A stretch of DNA of 64,000 nucleotides from positions 1,088,001 through 1,152,000 of the forward strand of contig CAWGED010000005.1 in NCBI GenBank assembly GCA_963821525.1, written 5' to 3'. The position numbers and the translations under genes were made by a program. Shown piece after piece: positions 38,625-49,107 of the stretch. Position 1 is the first letter of the stretch; each line of letters opens with the position of its first letter. The stretch comes from an uncultured Gemmatimonadales bacterium (GTDB taxonomy: Bacteria; Gemmatimonadota; Gemmatimonadetes; Gemmatimonadales; GWC2-71-9). Below the pieces are notes generated by a model. That model was not told the origin of the DNA. It worked only from the letters and a program-made list of their open reading frames with translations, and did no database searches.

Positions 38625-39393
38625 CCGCTCGCGTTCATCCCACTGCTCTGATCGACCGCACCGCCCGGATTGGCGCGGGGGTCGAAATCGGACCATGGGT
38701 GCTGGTGGGGCCGAATGTCGAAGTGGGGGACGGCTGCAGCCTCGGTCCCAGAGTCACGCTCGAAAGAAACGTGAAGCTGGCCCAGCGAGTCCGGATCGGG
38801 GTGGGAGCGGTTCTGGGCAGCGATCCGCAAGACATTTCCTACCAGGGCGAAGAGACCTGGGTCGAGGTGGGGCCCGACACGGTGATTCGTGAGTTCGTCA
38901 CCATCAATCGCGGCACCAAGGCTTCCGGGGCAACACGGGTTGGGGCGCGCTGCTTCCTGATGACCTATTCGCATCTCGGGCACGACTGCCAGGTCGGCGA
39001 CGACGTAACGATTGCGAACTCGACCGAGATCTCCGGCCACGTGATCATCCAGGATCACGCGAACATCAGTGGCCTGGTAGCGGTTCACCAGTTCGTCACT
39101 ATCGGCACTCACTGCTTCGTCGGCGGCGCCACCCGCGTCAACCAGGATGTGCCACCCTACGTCAAGGCGGTGGGCAACCCCATGGAGCTCTACGGTCTGA
39201 ACGCCGTAGGGCTTCGCAGGGCCGGTTTCTCCGCCGAGGCTATACTGGCTCTGAAACACGCCTATCGGATGGTCTTCAACTCCGACGTTCCTGTCTCCCA
39301 GGCATTGAACGACTGCGCACCACGCCGCAAACCGATGAGGTGGAGCGCTTCCTCTCGTTCCTGGAACAATCGGCTCGCGGGGTTCCCGCATGA
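38621..39393 (+). CDS. lpxA: UDP-GlcNAc acyltransferase; frameshift near 39310
   Basis: VHPTALI, IREFVTINRGT, HLGHDC, VHQF, DVPPY and GLNAVGLRR motifs. Confidence 0.95.
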
Positions 39394-40364
39394 CCGCGCG
39401 ATTACCGATTGGCGTTGTCGGCGTCGGCGTGCTCGGCCTGCACCACGCCCGGCATCTCTCGCGGCTGGAGGAGGTCGAGCTCGTCGGTTTCTACGACATT
39501 GCTCCATCGCGCAGTCGCGAAGTTGAAGCCGCAGTCGGAGTTCGGGGGTTTGCCGATCTTCACTCGCTCCTGAGCCGGGTGAGTGCGGTAACGATCGCGG
39601 TCCCGACCGCGGACCACGCCACCGTTGGAGTCGCGGCGCTCGAGCGCGGCATTCCGGTCCTCATGGAAAAACCCCTGGCCGGAACGCTTGCCGAGGCCGA
39701 TACGCTCGTCTCCGCGTCGGCCAAAGCCGGGGTCCAGCTCCAGGTAGGGCACATCGAACGGTTCAATCCGGCGCTCAGGGCCGCGGAACCTTACCTCGAC
39801 CGCCCCAGTTTCATCGAAGGCCGGCGACTCGCGCCATTTCAGAACAGAGGTACCGACGTCCCCGTCGTGCTGGATCTCATGATCCACGAACTTGATCTGA
39901 TCCTTCATCTTCTTGGCGGCTCCGAGGCGATGGAGGTCCGCGCGGTTGGTGAGACTGTCCTGTCGTCTCATCTCGACCTCGCACATGCGCGGGTCGAATT
40001 CGGATGCGGTGCGGTGGCGAGCGTCACCGCCTCGCGCATCGCTCGTGAGCGGGTTCGGCGCCTGCGACTTTACCAGGCCGATGGATGCCTTTCGCTCGAC
40101 CTCGCCGCCGGGCGCGGCGAGTTCCTCCGGCTGCGGGAGGGCTGGACCCTGGGCGATCCCGAGGATCTAGCCGAAATCGAGCGGATCCCACTGGAGGCCC
40201 CGCGTGCCGATGCCTTGAAGCTTGAGCTCTTGAGCTTCATTCACGCAGTGCGCGGCGAGCGGGAGGCCGTGGTTCGCGGAGAAGAGGGCAGGGCAGCGGT
40301 CGCCTTGGCGCTCGAGGTTTCCGCTGCCGTTGCGCGCAACGCTCGAACCCTTGCTGCCCCGTGA
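39390..40364 (+). CDS. Gfo/Idh/MocA oxidoreductase, GnnA-like
   Basis: GVGVLG, EKP, GHIERFNP and DLMIHELD motifs; lies between lpxA and lpxB. Confidence 0.85.
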   Translation: MTARLPIGVVGVGVLGLHHARHLSRLEEVELVGFYDIAPSRSREVEAAVGVRGFADLHSLLSRVSAVTIAVPTADHATVGVAALERGIPVLMEKPLAGTLAEADTLVSASAKAGVQLQVGHIERFNPALRAAEPYLDRPSFIEGRRLAPFQNRGTDVPVVLDLMIHELDLILHLLGGSEAMEVRAVGETVLSSHLDLAHARVEFGCGAVASVTASRIARERVRRLRLYQADGCLSLDLAAGRGEFLRLREGWTLGDPEDLAEIERIPLEAPRADALKLELLSFIHAVRGEREAVVRGEEGRAAVALALEVSAAVARNARTLAAP

Positions 40365-41483
40365 CCGATCGCGCTCCCCGTATCCTCGTTTCGGCCGGCG
40401 AGCCTTCCGGAGACCTTCACGCTGCCGGGGTGGTGAAGGCAATCAGGCAACTGCTGCCCAATGCCGTGTTCGAAGCGGTCGGAGGCCCCCGGCTCGAGGC
40501 GGCCGGCGCCGAACCGCGATTCCCAATGGAGCGTCTGAGCCAGCATGGGATTCGGCTCGGTCCTCGCCTCGCTCCCGCTGCACTACCGGCTGTTCCAGTC
40601 GCTCCGGGACGATCTGATCGCCGGTCGCTACGACCTCGCCATCCTGGTGGACTATCCTGGCCTCCATTTGCGGGTAGCCCGGGCCGCGCGGGCGGCCGGG
40701 GTTCCCGTTCTCTACTACATCGCGCCGCAACTCTGGGCTTGGCGACCTGAGCGGGCCACTCGCTTGCGCAGTGACGTAGACCGCCTGGCCGTCATTCTTC
40801 CCTTCGAGGCCGATTTCTTCTCTCGCCTCGGCGTGCCGGCGACCTACGTCGGTCATCCCCTGCTTGACAGAGGGCCTTGGCCGAGCCGGACCGAGGCCCG
40901 GCTCCAGTTGGGGATGTCTTTACAGGACCGGGTTTTAGGTATCTTTCCCGGGAGCCGAAACGCCGAAATTGGGCGCCACTGGCCCCGGTTCCGGGATGCG
41001 GCTTTACAGCTTCTGAATCTGCGGGTGTGCGACCAGGTCATCGTCGCCGCGACGGCGAAGGGGAGCTACTCCGATCCCGGGCCGATCACGCTCTACCGCG
41101 GTGATCCAACGCCGGTTTTTGCCGCGGCGGATGTGGCATTGGCCAAGTCGGGCACCACCACCCTGGAGGCTGCACTGGCGGACACGCCGATGGTGGTGAG
41201 CTACGCCGCGTCCCGGCTGACTCGCGCGATCGGCAAGCGATTGATGACGGTGAAGTGGATCAGTCTGGTGAATCTGATTGCCGGTCGTGCCGTGGTGCCG
41301 GAGTTCTGGCGCGATCCGGTGTCGACGGAGGCATTGGTGGAAGCAGCACGTCCCTTGTTTGAGTCGGAATCGGAATCGCGGAAGCAACAGCTGGCCGGCC
41401 TCGCCGAGGTGCGAGCCCGGCTGGGTGAGGCGGGAGCGGCGAGCCGGGTAGCGCATCTGGCACTTCAGCTGGTAGGGGCATGA
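40361..41483 (+). CDS. lpxB: lipid A disaccharide synthase; frameshift near 40540
   Basis: AGEPSGD, DYPG, PQLWAWR, PFE, VGHPL, PGSR and SGTTTLE motifs. Confidence 0.95.
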
Positions 41484-42139
41484 GGATCCGGCCGCCAACT
41501 TCTCTCACGAGGCGGCTCGGAGCGCCGCTCGCCTGTGCTCTCGCTTGGTCCTGGCGGCTCGAGGTCGTCCGGCCGGAGTTTTGGCATCAGGTACGCACTA
41601 GCGGTCGGCCTGCGGTCATCATGAGCTGGCACGAGGCGCTGCTACCGGTGCTGTGGCATCACCGGGCGCAGGGAGTTTCCGCGGTGATGAGTGCTGGGCG
41701 AGACGGTCAGCATCTGGCTGCGTTCGCCCGCCGAATCGGCTATCGGATCATCCCTGGGTCAAGCAGTCGTGGCGGTGCACGTGCCTTGCTGCGCGCCGTC
41801 CGCGCGCTGCGCGAAGGACGGGTAGTAGGGTTCACCCCTGACGGCCCCCGTGGCCCTCGCCGGGTCATCAAGCCCGGAGTTCTGCTGGCGGCGCAACGGG
41901 GAGGTGGAGTAGTCGTCCCGGTTCACGCCGAGGCGCATCCGGCCTGGCGGCTGGCATCATGGGACACCATGCTGATTCCGAAGCCATTCGCGAAAGTGCG
42001 AATCGCCTACGGAGCACCGTTTTTCGTGGAGCCCGGAGCGCGGGGTCGCGCCATCGCTGAGGCGCGGGCCCAGGAAAGCCTGGAGGAAGTCACCAGACTG
42101 ACGGCATGGCCAGACGGCGCGGCGATACCCACCGGTTGA
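41480..42139 (+). CDS. DUF374 lysophospholipid acyltransferase family protein (LpxJ-like)
   Basis: WH, SAGRDG, GSSSRGG, TPDGPRGP and SWD...PKPF motifs. Confidence 0.85.
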   Translation: MRIRPPTSLTRRLGAPLACALAWSWRLEVVRPEFWHQVRTSGRPAVIMSWHEALLPVLWHHRAQGVSAVMSAGRDGQHLAAFARRIGYRIIPGSSSRGGARALLRAVRALREGRVVGFTPDGPRGPRRVIKPGVLLAAQRGGGVVVPVHAEAHPAWRLASWDTMLIPKPFAKVRIAYGAPFFVEPGARGRAIAEARAQESLEEVTRLTAWPDGAAIPTG

Positions 42140-43149
42140 TTCGCTGGCTGTGGACCAGCCGCCGGGTGGATGCGAGGTTGGCTCGCGCAGCGCTGCTCCC
42201 GCTGTCGGGATTGTGGCGTATTTGGATGGGGATCCGCGTGGCCGGGTTCAGGCTTGGTTGGGTCAAGGTGCACGATCTGCCACTTCCCTCAGTGGCGGTC
42301 GGCAACCTGACGGTGGGAGGCTCGGGCAAGACTCCGGTCGCCATCTGGGTCGCGCAATACTACGCGCACAAGGGACTGGCTCCTGGTGTTTTGCTCAGGG
42401 GCTACGGTGGCGACGAAGCGATGGTACACTCGAAGGCGGTCCCGAGCGCTCACGTGGTGAGCAGCCCGAACCGCGTCGAAGGTGCCGAACGCGCGTTGGC
42501 GAGAGGGGCTCAGGTTCTGGTGCTGGATGACGCCTACCAGCGGCTCGACGTCCGGCGGGACCTGAACATCCTGGTAATCAGCGCCGAGACGACTCGCGCC
42601 GTTCGCTGGCCGCTTCCGGCGGGCCCGTGGCGGGAAGGGTGGTCGGCGATGGACCGGGCCGACTTGGTGATTGTGACCCGGAAGCGCGCAACGGCCGAAG
42701 CAGCGCAACAGCTCGCGGTGGAGCTTCGCGGCAGGGTTCGCTGCCCGGTGGCCATTGCGCACCTGGGATTGGCTCGCCTGGAGGGACTCGTGAGCGCGCG
42801 CAGTCTCCCTCCCTCCACGCTGGCGGGGAAACGGGTGATTGCCGCCTCGGCGATCGCGGATCCCGAAGGGTTCGTGACCCAGACCAAGGCAACGGGAGCC
42901 GCGGTCCAGGTAGCGACCTGGAAGGACCACCATCAGTATGGAGCCGAGGACGTGGCATGGCTGGCGCATGCGGCCCGCCGTGCCGATCACCTGGTCATCA
43001 CCGAGAAGGACGCCGTGAAACTGCGAGACCGTTGGCCAGCGGGCGCTCCCGAACCCCTGGTGGCCGTGTTGGACCTGACATGGGAAGATTCCGGCGATGC
43101 CGTCGCCACGGCGCTCGACGCGGTGATCACGCCGCCGGAGCGTCTGTAA
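42106..43149 (+). CDS. lpxK: tetraacyldisaccharide 4'-kinase
   Basis: [26 protein letters not shown] and TEKDAVK motifs. Confidence 0.95.
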   Translation: MARRRGDTHRLIRWLWTSRRVDARLARAALLPLSGLWRIWMGIRVAGFRLGWVKVHDLPLPSVAVGNLTVGGSGKTPVAIWVAQYYAHKGLAPGVLLRGYGGDEAMVHSKAVPSAHVVSSPNRVEGAERALARGAQVLVLDDAYQRLDVRRDLNILVISAETTRAVRWPLPAGPWREGWSAMDRADLVIVTRKRATAEAAQQLAVELRGRVRCPVAIAHLGLARLEGLVSARSLPPSTLAGKRVIAASAIADPEGFVTQTKATGAAVQVATWKDHHQYGAEDVAWLAHAARRADHLVITEKDAVKLRDRWPAGAPEPLVAVLDLTWEDSGDAVATALDAVITPPERL

Positions 43150-43165
43150 ACTCAATGAGGAGCTT

Positions 43166-44473
43166 ATGACCGCCACAAGTCCGCGGCCCGCGCAGGACGT
43201 CATCCGCCCCGACAAGGACCGGTTTCTCCAGGAGGAAAACCCTTTCGAAGAGATGATGTCCCGCTTCGATTTTGCGGCCAAGCAGCTCGATCTGGAGCCT
43301 GGGCTCTACAAGATCCTCCGGCATCCGGAGAAACAGATCATCGTTTCGGTGCCGGTTCAGCGAGATAACGGCGAAGTGGATGTCTACACCGGGTACCGAG
43401 TCCTCTACAACACTTCCCGCGGTCCGGCGAAGGGCGGCATCCGGTTCGACCTGCAGGTGACTCTGGACGAGGTGAAGGCGCTGGCCGCATGGATGACCTG
43501 GAAATGCGCCGTGGTCAACATCCCGTTCGGTGGTTCAAAAGGTGGCGTCATCTGCGATCCCAGCACCATGTCCAACGCCGAGCTGGAGAAGCTGACCCGG
43601 CGGTATACCTCGGCGATCATCGAGACGCTGGGGCCCGATTCGGATGTCCCGGCGCCCGATGTAAACACCAACGAACGGGTCATGGCATGGGTGATGGATA
43701 CCTATTCCATGCACAAACGGCACACGGTGACCGCGGTCGTGACCGGCAAGCCGATCGAAATGGGCGGATCCCTGGGCCGCCGCGAGGCCACCGGTCGCGG
43801 GTGTACCGTGGTTACCAAAGAGGCGTTGAAACAGCTGAAAATGCCGATCAAGGGGACTCGAGTGGCAGTTCAGGGATTCGGTAATGTTGGTTCGATCGCG
43901 GCCCAGTTGATGGCTCAGGAAGGCATGACCATCGTTGCCGTGAGCGACAAGTCGGGCGGCAGCTACAATCCCAAAGGGCTCGATCTCCAGGACGTCCTCA
44001 AGCACGTGCAGGGCAAGAAACTCCTCCACGACTACAAGAACGCCGAGAACATCACCAACGACCAGCTGTTGACCCTCGACTGCGATGTGCTGGTCCCTGC
44101 CGCGCTGGAAAACGTGATCGATCACGAAAACGCCAGCCAGATCAAGGCCCGGGTCATCTGCGAAGGGGCGAACGGTCCGACCACCGCCGCGGCAGACAAG
44201 ATCCTGAACGAGAAGGGCATCTTCGTCATTCCCGACATCCTGGCCAATGCCGGGGGAGTCACGGTGAGCTACTTCGAGTGGGTGCAGGATCGGGGTGGTT
44301 ACTTCTGGGACGAGGATACGGTCAACCAGCGGCTCGAGCGGATCATGGTGCGGTCGTTTGATGAGGTGACCGGCATGGCGCAACGGCACAAGCTCGACAA
44401 CCGGATCGGTGCCTACATGTTGGCGATCGACCGGGTCGCGGCGGTACATCGGCTCCGCGGCATGTATGCCTGA
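43166..44473 (+). CDS. gdhA: Glu/Leu/Phe/Val dehydrogenase (glutamate dehydrogenase type)
   Basis: [31 protein letters not shown] and [12 protein letters not shown] motifs. Confidence 0.93.
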   Translation: MTATSPRPAQDVIRPDKDRFLQEENPFEEMMSRFDFAAKQLDLEPGLYKILRHPEKQIIVSVPVQRDNGEVDVYTGYRVLYNTSRGPAKGGIRFDLQVTLDEVKALAAWMTWKCAVVNIPFGGSKGGVICDPSTMSNAELEKLTRRYTSAIIETLGPDSDVPAPDVNTNERVMAWVMDTYSMHKRHTVTAVVTGKPIEMGGSLGRREATGRGCTVVTKEALKQLKMPIKGTRVAVQGFGNVGSIAAQLMAQEGMTIVAVSDKSGGSYNPKGLDLQDVLKHVQGKKLLHDYKNAENITNDQLLTLDCDVLVPAALENVIDHENASQIKARVICEGANGPTTAAADKILNEKGIFVIPDILANAGGVTVSYFEWVQDRGGYFWDEDTVNQRLERIMVRSFDEVTGMAQRHKLDNRIGAYMLAIDRVAAVHRLRGMYA

Positions 44474-44485
44474 TGAGCCCAGCCG

Positions 44486-44944
44486 ATGGACCTGCGACTG
44501 CTGGCCGTCGGCAAGCTGCGTCCCGCCTACCGTGAGGCGGGCGACGAATACCTGAAGCGGTTGCGACGCTACGCATCGATTCAGGAGATCGAGATCAGGG
44601 AAGCTTCCCGGGCCCCGACCGGTGTGGTGCAGCGGAGGGAAGAGGCAGCGCGGTTGCGGGCCAAGCTGCCGGGAGACGGGTTCCTGGTGGCGCTCGATCG
44701 CGAAGGTACCTACCTCACGAGCGAGGCGCTCGCCCACCAGCTGAGACGCTGGAGCGAGTCGCCGCGCTCACTCGCTTTTCTGATTGGCGGCTCCACCGGC
44801 CTGGCGGACGACATTCGGCAGGCGGCCGCATTCCGCTGGAGCCTCGGTCCGCTGACGCTTCCTCATGAGCTGGCCCGGGTCGTGGTATTGGAGCAGCTCT
44901 ATCGCGCGTTTACGATCCTGCGGGGCGAACCATACCACAAATGA
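44486..44944 (+). CDS. rlmH: 23S rRNA pseudouridine-1915 N3-methyltransferase
   Basis: AVGK, IGGSTG and TLPHELARVVVLEQLYRA...GEPYHK motifs. Confidence 0.95.
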   Translation: MDLRLLAVGKLRPAYREAGDEYLKRLRRYASIQEIEIREASRAPTGVVQRREEAARLRAKLPGDGFLVALDREGTYLTSEALAHQLRRWSESPRSLAFLIGGSTGLADDIRQAAAFRWSLGPLTLPHELARVVVLEQLYRAFTILRGEPYHK

Positions 44945-44975
44945 GGCGGGCCACCGCTCTCAGTCCCGGACTGCG

Positions 44976-45692
44976 ATGACCGAATGGTTCGAAGAATGGT
45001 TCGGGGAGGAATACCTTCACCTCTATCCGCACCGCGACGAGGCCGACGCCGAGCGTCTGGTAGACCTGCTCTGCGGTGCAGTGGAATGGACGCCTGGGTG
45101 GAAGGTGCTCGACGTGGCCTGTGGCGCCGGACGGCACATGGCTTCGCTTGAGGCGCGGGGTGCTCGTCCGATCGGCGTTGACCTGTCGCTTACCCTGTTG
45201 CGGAAGGTCCGCGAAGTGACTGATCGGCCGGTGGCCCGCGGCGATATGCGTTGTCTTCCAATCCGTCCCCGCTCCATGGATCTCACGCTCAATCTGTTTA
45301 CCAGCTTCGGATATTTCGAGCGCGACGAAGATCACGTCCGTACCATCAAAGAAATGCTCGACACCGTCAGGCCCGGTGGCTGGTTCGCAATCGATTTTCT
45401 CAACGCCGACCGGGTGCGTGAGCGTCTAGTGCCGGAAGAAACCGTCCGGTTCGAATCGGCGGTGGTGCGTATCACCCGGCAAATCACGACCGACGAACGC
45501 TTTGTGGTGAAGGCGATTCATACTCAGGATGGAAGGACCTTCAAGGAGAGGGTCCGCTTGCTTCCTCCACCAGAGCTGGAATCGTTGCTCACCGCAAACG
45601 GCGCGAGAATCGTTCGTCGCTGGGGAGACTACACCGGCGGCCCCGCAGGAGAAGGACCCCGCTGCATCCTCCTGGCGCAGGTTCCCCGGTGA
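44976..45692 (+). CDS. class I SAM-dependent methyltransferase
   Basis: VLDVACGAGRH, GVDLS, GDMR and NLFTSFGYF motifs; GTGA overlap with bshC. Confidence 0.9.
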   Translation: MTEWFEEWFGEEYLHLYPHRDEADAERLVDLLCGAVEWTPGWKVLDVACGAGRHMASLEARGARPIGVDLSLTLLRKVREVTDRPVARGDMRCLPIRPRSMDLTLNLFTSFGYFERDEDHVRTIKEMLDTVRPGGWFAIDFLNADRVRERLVPEETVRFESAVVRITRQITTDERFVVKAIHTQDGRTFKERVRLLPPPELESLLTANGARIVRRWGDYTGGPAGEGPRCILLAQVPR

Positions 45693-47218
45693 CTTTCCGC
45701 CTGGTTGCTACCCCCCTCGCGAGCTCGGTCCCGGCTCCCGCGGTGCGAACCGGGGCGCTCCAGTCCAGCCTGGTTGAAGCCTGCCTGCGCGCTCCGGGGA
45801 CCGAGGCAGCGATCGGGAGCCTGGCTGATCCCGGCGTCCTGGTCGTGACAACCGGGCAGCAACCGGCGCTATTCACCGGCCCGCTGTATACGATCCACAA
45901 GGCACTCTCTGCCGCCGCGCTGGCCGAGGTACTTGGCCGTCGTTGGGGTCGCAAGGTCGTCCCGGTTTTCTGGGTCGCGGGTGATGATCATGACTTCACC
46001 GAGGCCAATCACGCGTCGTGGTTGAACGCCGACGGCGCTCTGGTGACGGCGGTTCTGCGTGAGCGCTCGCCTGAAGCCCCACTTTTGCCTCTCTATCGGG
46101 AGCCGCTCGGGTCCGAAGTAGACGGCGTCCTCGCACAGCTCGAAGCCGACCTTCCTCCGGCGGAACATCGGGACAGCACCCTCGACTGGCTTCGTCGCCA
46201 CTTCCGGCCGGACCAGACGGTGGCAGGGGCGTACGGATCGGCGCTCGCCGAGCTGCTCGCTCCGTTCGGAATTGTGTGCCTCGACAGTACGCACGCTGCC
46301 GTCAAGAAGGCCGCTGGACCGCTGCTCCTGGAGGCGCTACGAAAGGCCTCCGACATCGAGCGCCTCCTCGACGAGAGAAGCGGCGATCTCGTGGGGCAGG
46401 GCACTGATCCGGGCGTCGCTGCCGCCGACGGTGCCACGCTGGTGATGGTGGAGGCAGCCCTCGGCCGTGACCGGCTGGTCCGGACCGATGGCGGGTTCGT
46501 GACCCGGCGCGCTCACGAACGATTCGGGCTCGCCGACCTGGAGCGGCTGGCCCAGCAGGAACCGCAGCGCCTGTCTCCCAACGTTCTGCTCCGCCCGGTG
46601 GTGGAGAGCGCATTGCTCCCAACGGTGGCTTATGTCGCGGGCCCAGGAGAGCTTCGCTACCTGCCCCTCTGTCGGCCACTGTATGAGAGTCTAGGCGTTG
46701 TCCCTCAGCTGCCGGTGCCGCGCTGGTCTGGGATCCTGGTTGAGCATCGGGTTGACCGGGTTCTGGAGAAGTTCGGCGCCACGCTGGAGGAGCTGCTTCA
46801 GCCAGGACGCGCTTTGGAGTCGCGGGTAGTCCGCTCACAGTTGCCATCCGAGACCATTGCGATCCTCGAGCGGCTTCGCGGCGAGCTGGCCGCCGGCTAC
46901 GACACCCTGGCCAACGTCGCTCGCACGATCGATCCAACCATCGAGAAAACGATCCAAAACGTTGGGAAACAGGCTCAGAGTGGCACCCAGGACGTTGAGC
47001 GCAAGCTGGTGCAGCACCTCCGGAAGCGCTCCGAGGTCGAGATGAGCCAGGTCGAACGGGCGCGCACGGCGGTGCTTCCCGGCGGAAAGCCCCAGGAGCG
47101 GTTGCTGACGGTGGCGCCCTTCCTCTCGCGCTACGGTCCGGAGTTGCTCCAGCAGCTCAAACAGGAAATGGTCACCTGGTATGCGAGCGCCCTTGAAGGC
47201 GCCTCTCAATCCTCGTAG
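45689..47218 (+). CDS. bshC: bacillithiol biosynthesis cysteine-adding enzyme BshC
   Basis: VTTGQQPALFTGPLYTIHK, FWVAGDDHD, SPNVLLRP, GPGELRY and PQER motifs. Confidence 0.92.
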   Translation: MTFRLVATPLASSVPAPAVRTGALQSSLVEACLRAPGTEAAIGSLADPGVLVVTTGQQPALFTGPLYTIHKALSAAALAEVLGRRWGRKVVPVFWVAGDDHDFTEANHASWLNADGALVTAVLRERSPEAPLLPLYREPLGSEVDGVLAQLEADLPPAEHRDSTLDWLRRHFRPDQTVAGAYGSALAELLAPFGIVCLDSTHAAVKKAAGPLLLEALRKASDIERLLDERSGDLVGQGTDPGVAAADGATLVMVEAALGRDRLVRTDGGFVTRRAHERFGLADLERLAQQEPQRLSPNVLLRPVVESALLPTVAYVAGPGELRYLPLCRPLYESLGVVPQLPVPRWSGILVEHRVDRVLEKFGATLEELLQPGRALESRVVRSQLPSETIAILERLRGELAAGYDTLANVARTIDPTIEKTIQNVGKQAQSGTQDVERKLVQHLRKRSEVEMSQVERARTAVLPGGKPQERLLTVAPFLSRYGPELLQQLKQEMVTWYASALEGASQSS

Positions 47219-47227
47219 ACTCGTGCC

Positions 47228-47509
47228 ATGATGTTCCTCGGTATCATCCTGCTTGTGGCACTGATGATTCCCATCATCGGGATCCTCATCGACTCTCCAA
47301 TCGGCCGGGCGCTCGCCCGCCGGGTGGAAGGACCACAGCAGATCCCCCCCGGCGTGGCGGACCTGGCCCAGCGGGTTCAGCTCCTCGAGGGGGAGGTTGA
47401 TGATCTCAATCGTTCGGTCCAGCAGCTTCAGGAGGAGAACCAGTTTCTTCAACGTCTGCTTGAAGACAGCGCCACTCGCGCCCCACTCCCGCCGCCCCGG
47501 AAGCCCTGA
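47228..47509 (+). CDS. small membrane-anchored coiled-coil hypothetical protein
   Basis: N-terminal transmembrane helix, PIGRALARR and a heptad coil ending EENQFLQRLL. Confidence 0.75.
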   Translation: MMFLGIILLVALMIPIIGILIDSPIGRALARRVEGPQQIPPGVADLAQRVQLLEGEVDDLNRSVQQLQEENQFLQRLLEDSATRAPLPPPRKP

Positions 47510-49104
47510 CTCCATCCAGTCCTGATCCGGTCTCACCCTCTCCGGCGCGCTCGGCTTTCCTCGTCGGATCCGGAATCCTGCTGAGCCGTCTCGTCGGGCT
47601 GATCCGGCAACGCGCTCTCGCTCACTACTTCGGGCTATCCGACTTCGCCGACGCTTTCAACGCGGCGTTTCGCATTCCCAATTTGCTTCAGAATCTTTTC
47701 GGCGAAGGAGTCCTTTCGGCTTCCTTCGTTCCCGTATACGCGCGCCTGAGAAGCCTGGGCAAAGACACGGAGGCCACGCATTTGGCCAATGCGGCCTTTG
47801 GCCTCCTTGCCTGCAGCACCTCCGTGATCGTGCTGATCGGGATGCTCGCCGCCGCTCCGCTCACCGCGATCATCGCGCCCGGGTTCAGCGGAGAGAAGCG
47901 CGACCTCACTGTTCGCCTGGTGACGCTGTTCTTCCCGGGAGCCGGCTTCCTGGTTCTCTCGGCATGGTGTCTCGGCGTTCTGAACAGCCATCGGAAGTTT
48001 TTTCTTTCGTATGCGGCGCCGGTTGCCTGGAACCTCGCGATCATCTTCGCACTCGTGGGCTTCGGGCCCAGAGTGCATGGGGGACAGCTGGCCGTGGTCG
48101 CAGCCTGGGGTTCGCTGGTGGGGAGTGTCCTTCAGTTTGGGCTCCAGCTGCCGACCGTCCTCGGACTGCTTCGCGGGTTCCGCCCGGTTCTGGAGCGCAC
48201 CAGCGAGTCGGTGCGTACCGTCATCCGCAACTTTGTCCCCGTGTTCATCGGTCGCGGTGTGGTGCAGATCAGCGCCTTCATCGACACTATCCTGGCGAGT
48301 CTGCTGCCCAGCGGAGCAGTGGCGGGCCTGGCAAACGCGCAGGTGCTCTACACTCTCCCCGTCAGCCTGTTCGGAATGTCGGTTTCAGCTGCAGAGCTGC
48401 CGGAGATGTCGAGTGCCGTCGGAGAGGACTCCAGAGTTCACGAATTTCTTCGGGGTAGGCTCGAGGGTGGGCTTCGACGGATTGCGTTCTTCGTTGTGCC
48501 CTGTGCCGTGGCATTCCTCGCCTTCGGCCACGTGATCGCGAGCGCGCTCTTTCAGTCCGGTCGCTTCGGGTCGGCGGACAGCGTTTATGTCTGGGGGATC
48601 CTCGCGGGGTCGGCAGTAGGGCTCCTTGCGGCAACGCTTGGGCGGCTCTATGCCTCGACCTACTACGCGCTGCGTGATACCAGGACGCCTCTCCGTTTCG
48701 CGATGCTGCGGGTGTTTCTCACCACCGCGCTGGGATATCTTTGCGCCATTCCGCTGCCGGGCTGGCTCGGCATCGAGCCGCGCTGGGGTGCGGCCGGCTT
48801 GACGGCCTCAGCGGGGCTCGCGGCCTGGGTGGAATTTCATCTTCTGCGTACCTCGCTCAACCGCCAGATCGGCAACACCGGCTTGGCCGTTTCGTACCTC
48901 GCCCGTCTCTGGATTTCCGCCTTGGTCGCAGCCCTTGTCGGATGGGGTATTCTCCGACTGCTCGGCGCGGTCCACCCGGTAGCGCGTGCTGCGGTTGTCC
49001 TTGTACCCTTCGGATTACTGTACGTGGCGATTCTGGCCGGATGGGGAGTTCCCGAGGCTGGTGCGTTTCTGGTCAGGGTTCGCCGGCGAATTTGGAAGGA
49101 TTAA
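47506..49104 (+). CDS. murJ: lipid II flippase MurJ (start probably CTG at 47506)
   Basis: LLSRLVGLIR, DAFNAAFRIPNLLQNLFGEGVLSASFVP and YALRDTRTP; homology extends upstream of the TTG at 47683. Confidence 0.93.
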   Translation: MTPSSPDPVSPSPARSAFLVGSGILLSRLVGLIRQRALAHYFGLSDFADAFNAAFRIPNLLQNLFGEGVLSASFVPVYARLRSLGKDTEATHLANAAFGLLACSTSVIVLIGMLAAAPLTAIIAPGFSGEKRDLTVRLVTLFFPGAGFLVLSAWCLGVLNSHRKFFLSYAAPVAWNLAIIFALVGFGPRVHGGQLAVVAAWGSLVGSVLQFGLQLPTVLGLLRGFRPVLERTSESVRTVIRNFVPVFIGRGVVQISAFIDTILASLLPSGAVAGLANAQVLYTLPVSLFGMSVSAAELPEMSSAVGEDSRVHEFLRGRLEGGLRRIAFFVVPCAVAFLAFGHVIASALFQSGRFGSADSVYVWGILAGSAVGLLAATLGRLYASTYYALRDTRTPLRFAMLRVFLTTALGYLCAIPLPGWLGIEPRWGAAGLTASAGLAAWVEFHLLRTSLNRQIGNTGLAVSYLARLWISALVAALVGWGILRLLGAVHPVARAAVVLVPFGLLYVAILAGWGVPEAGAFLVRVRRRIWKD

Positions 49105-49107
49105 GTA

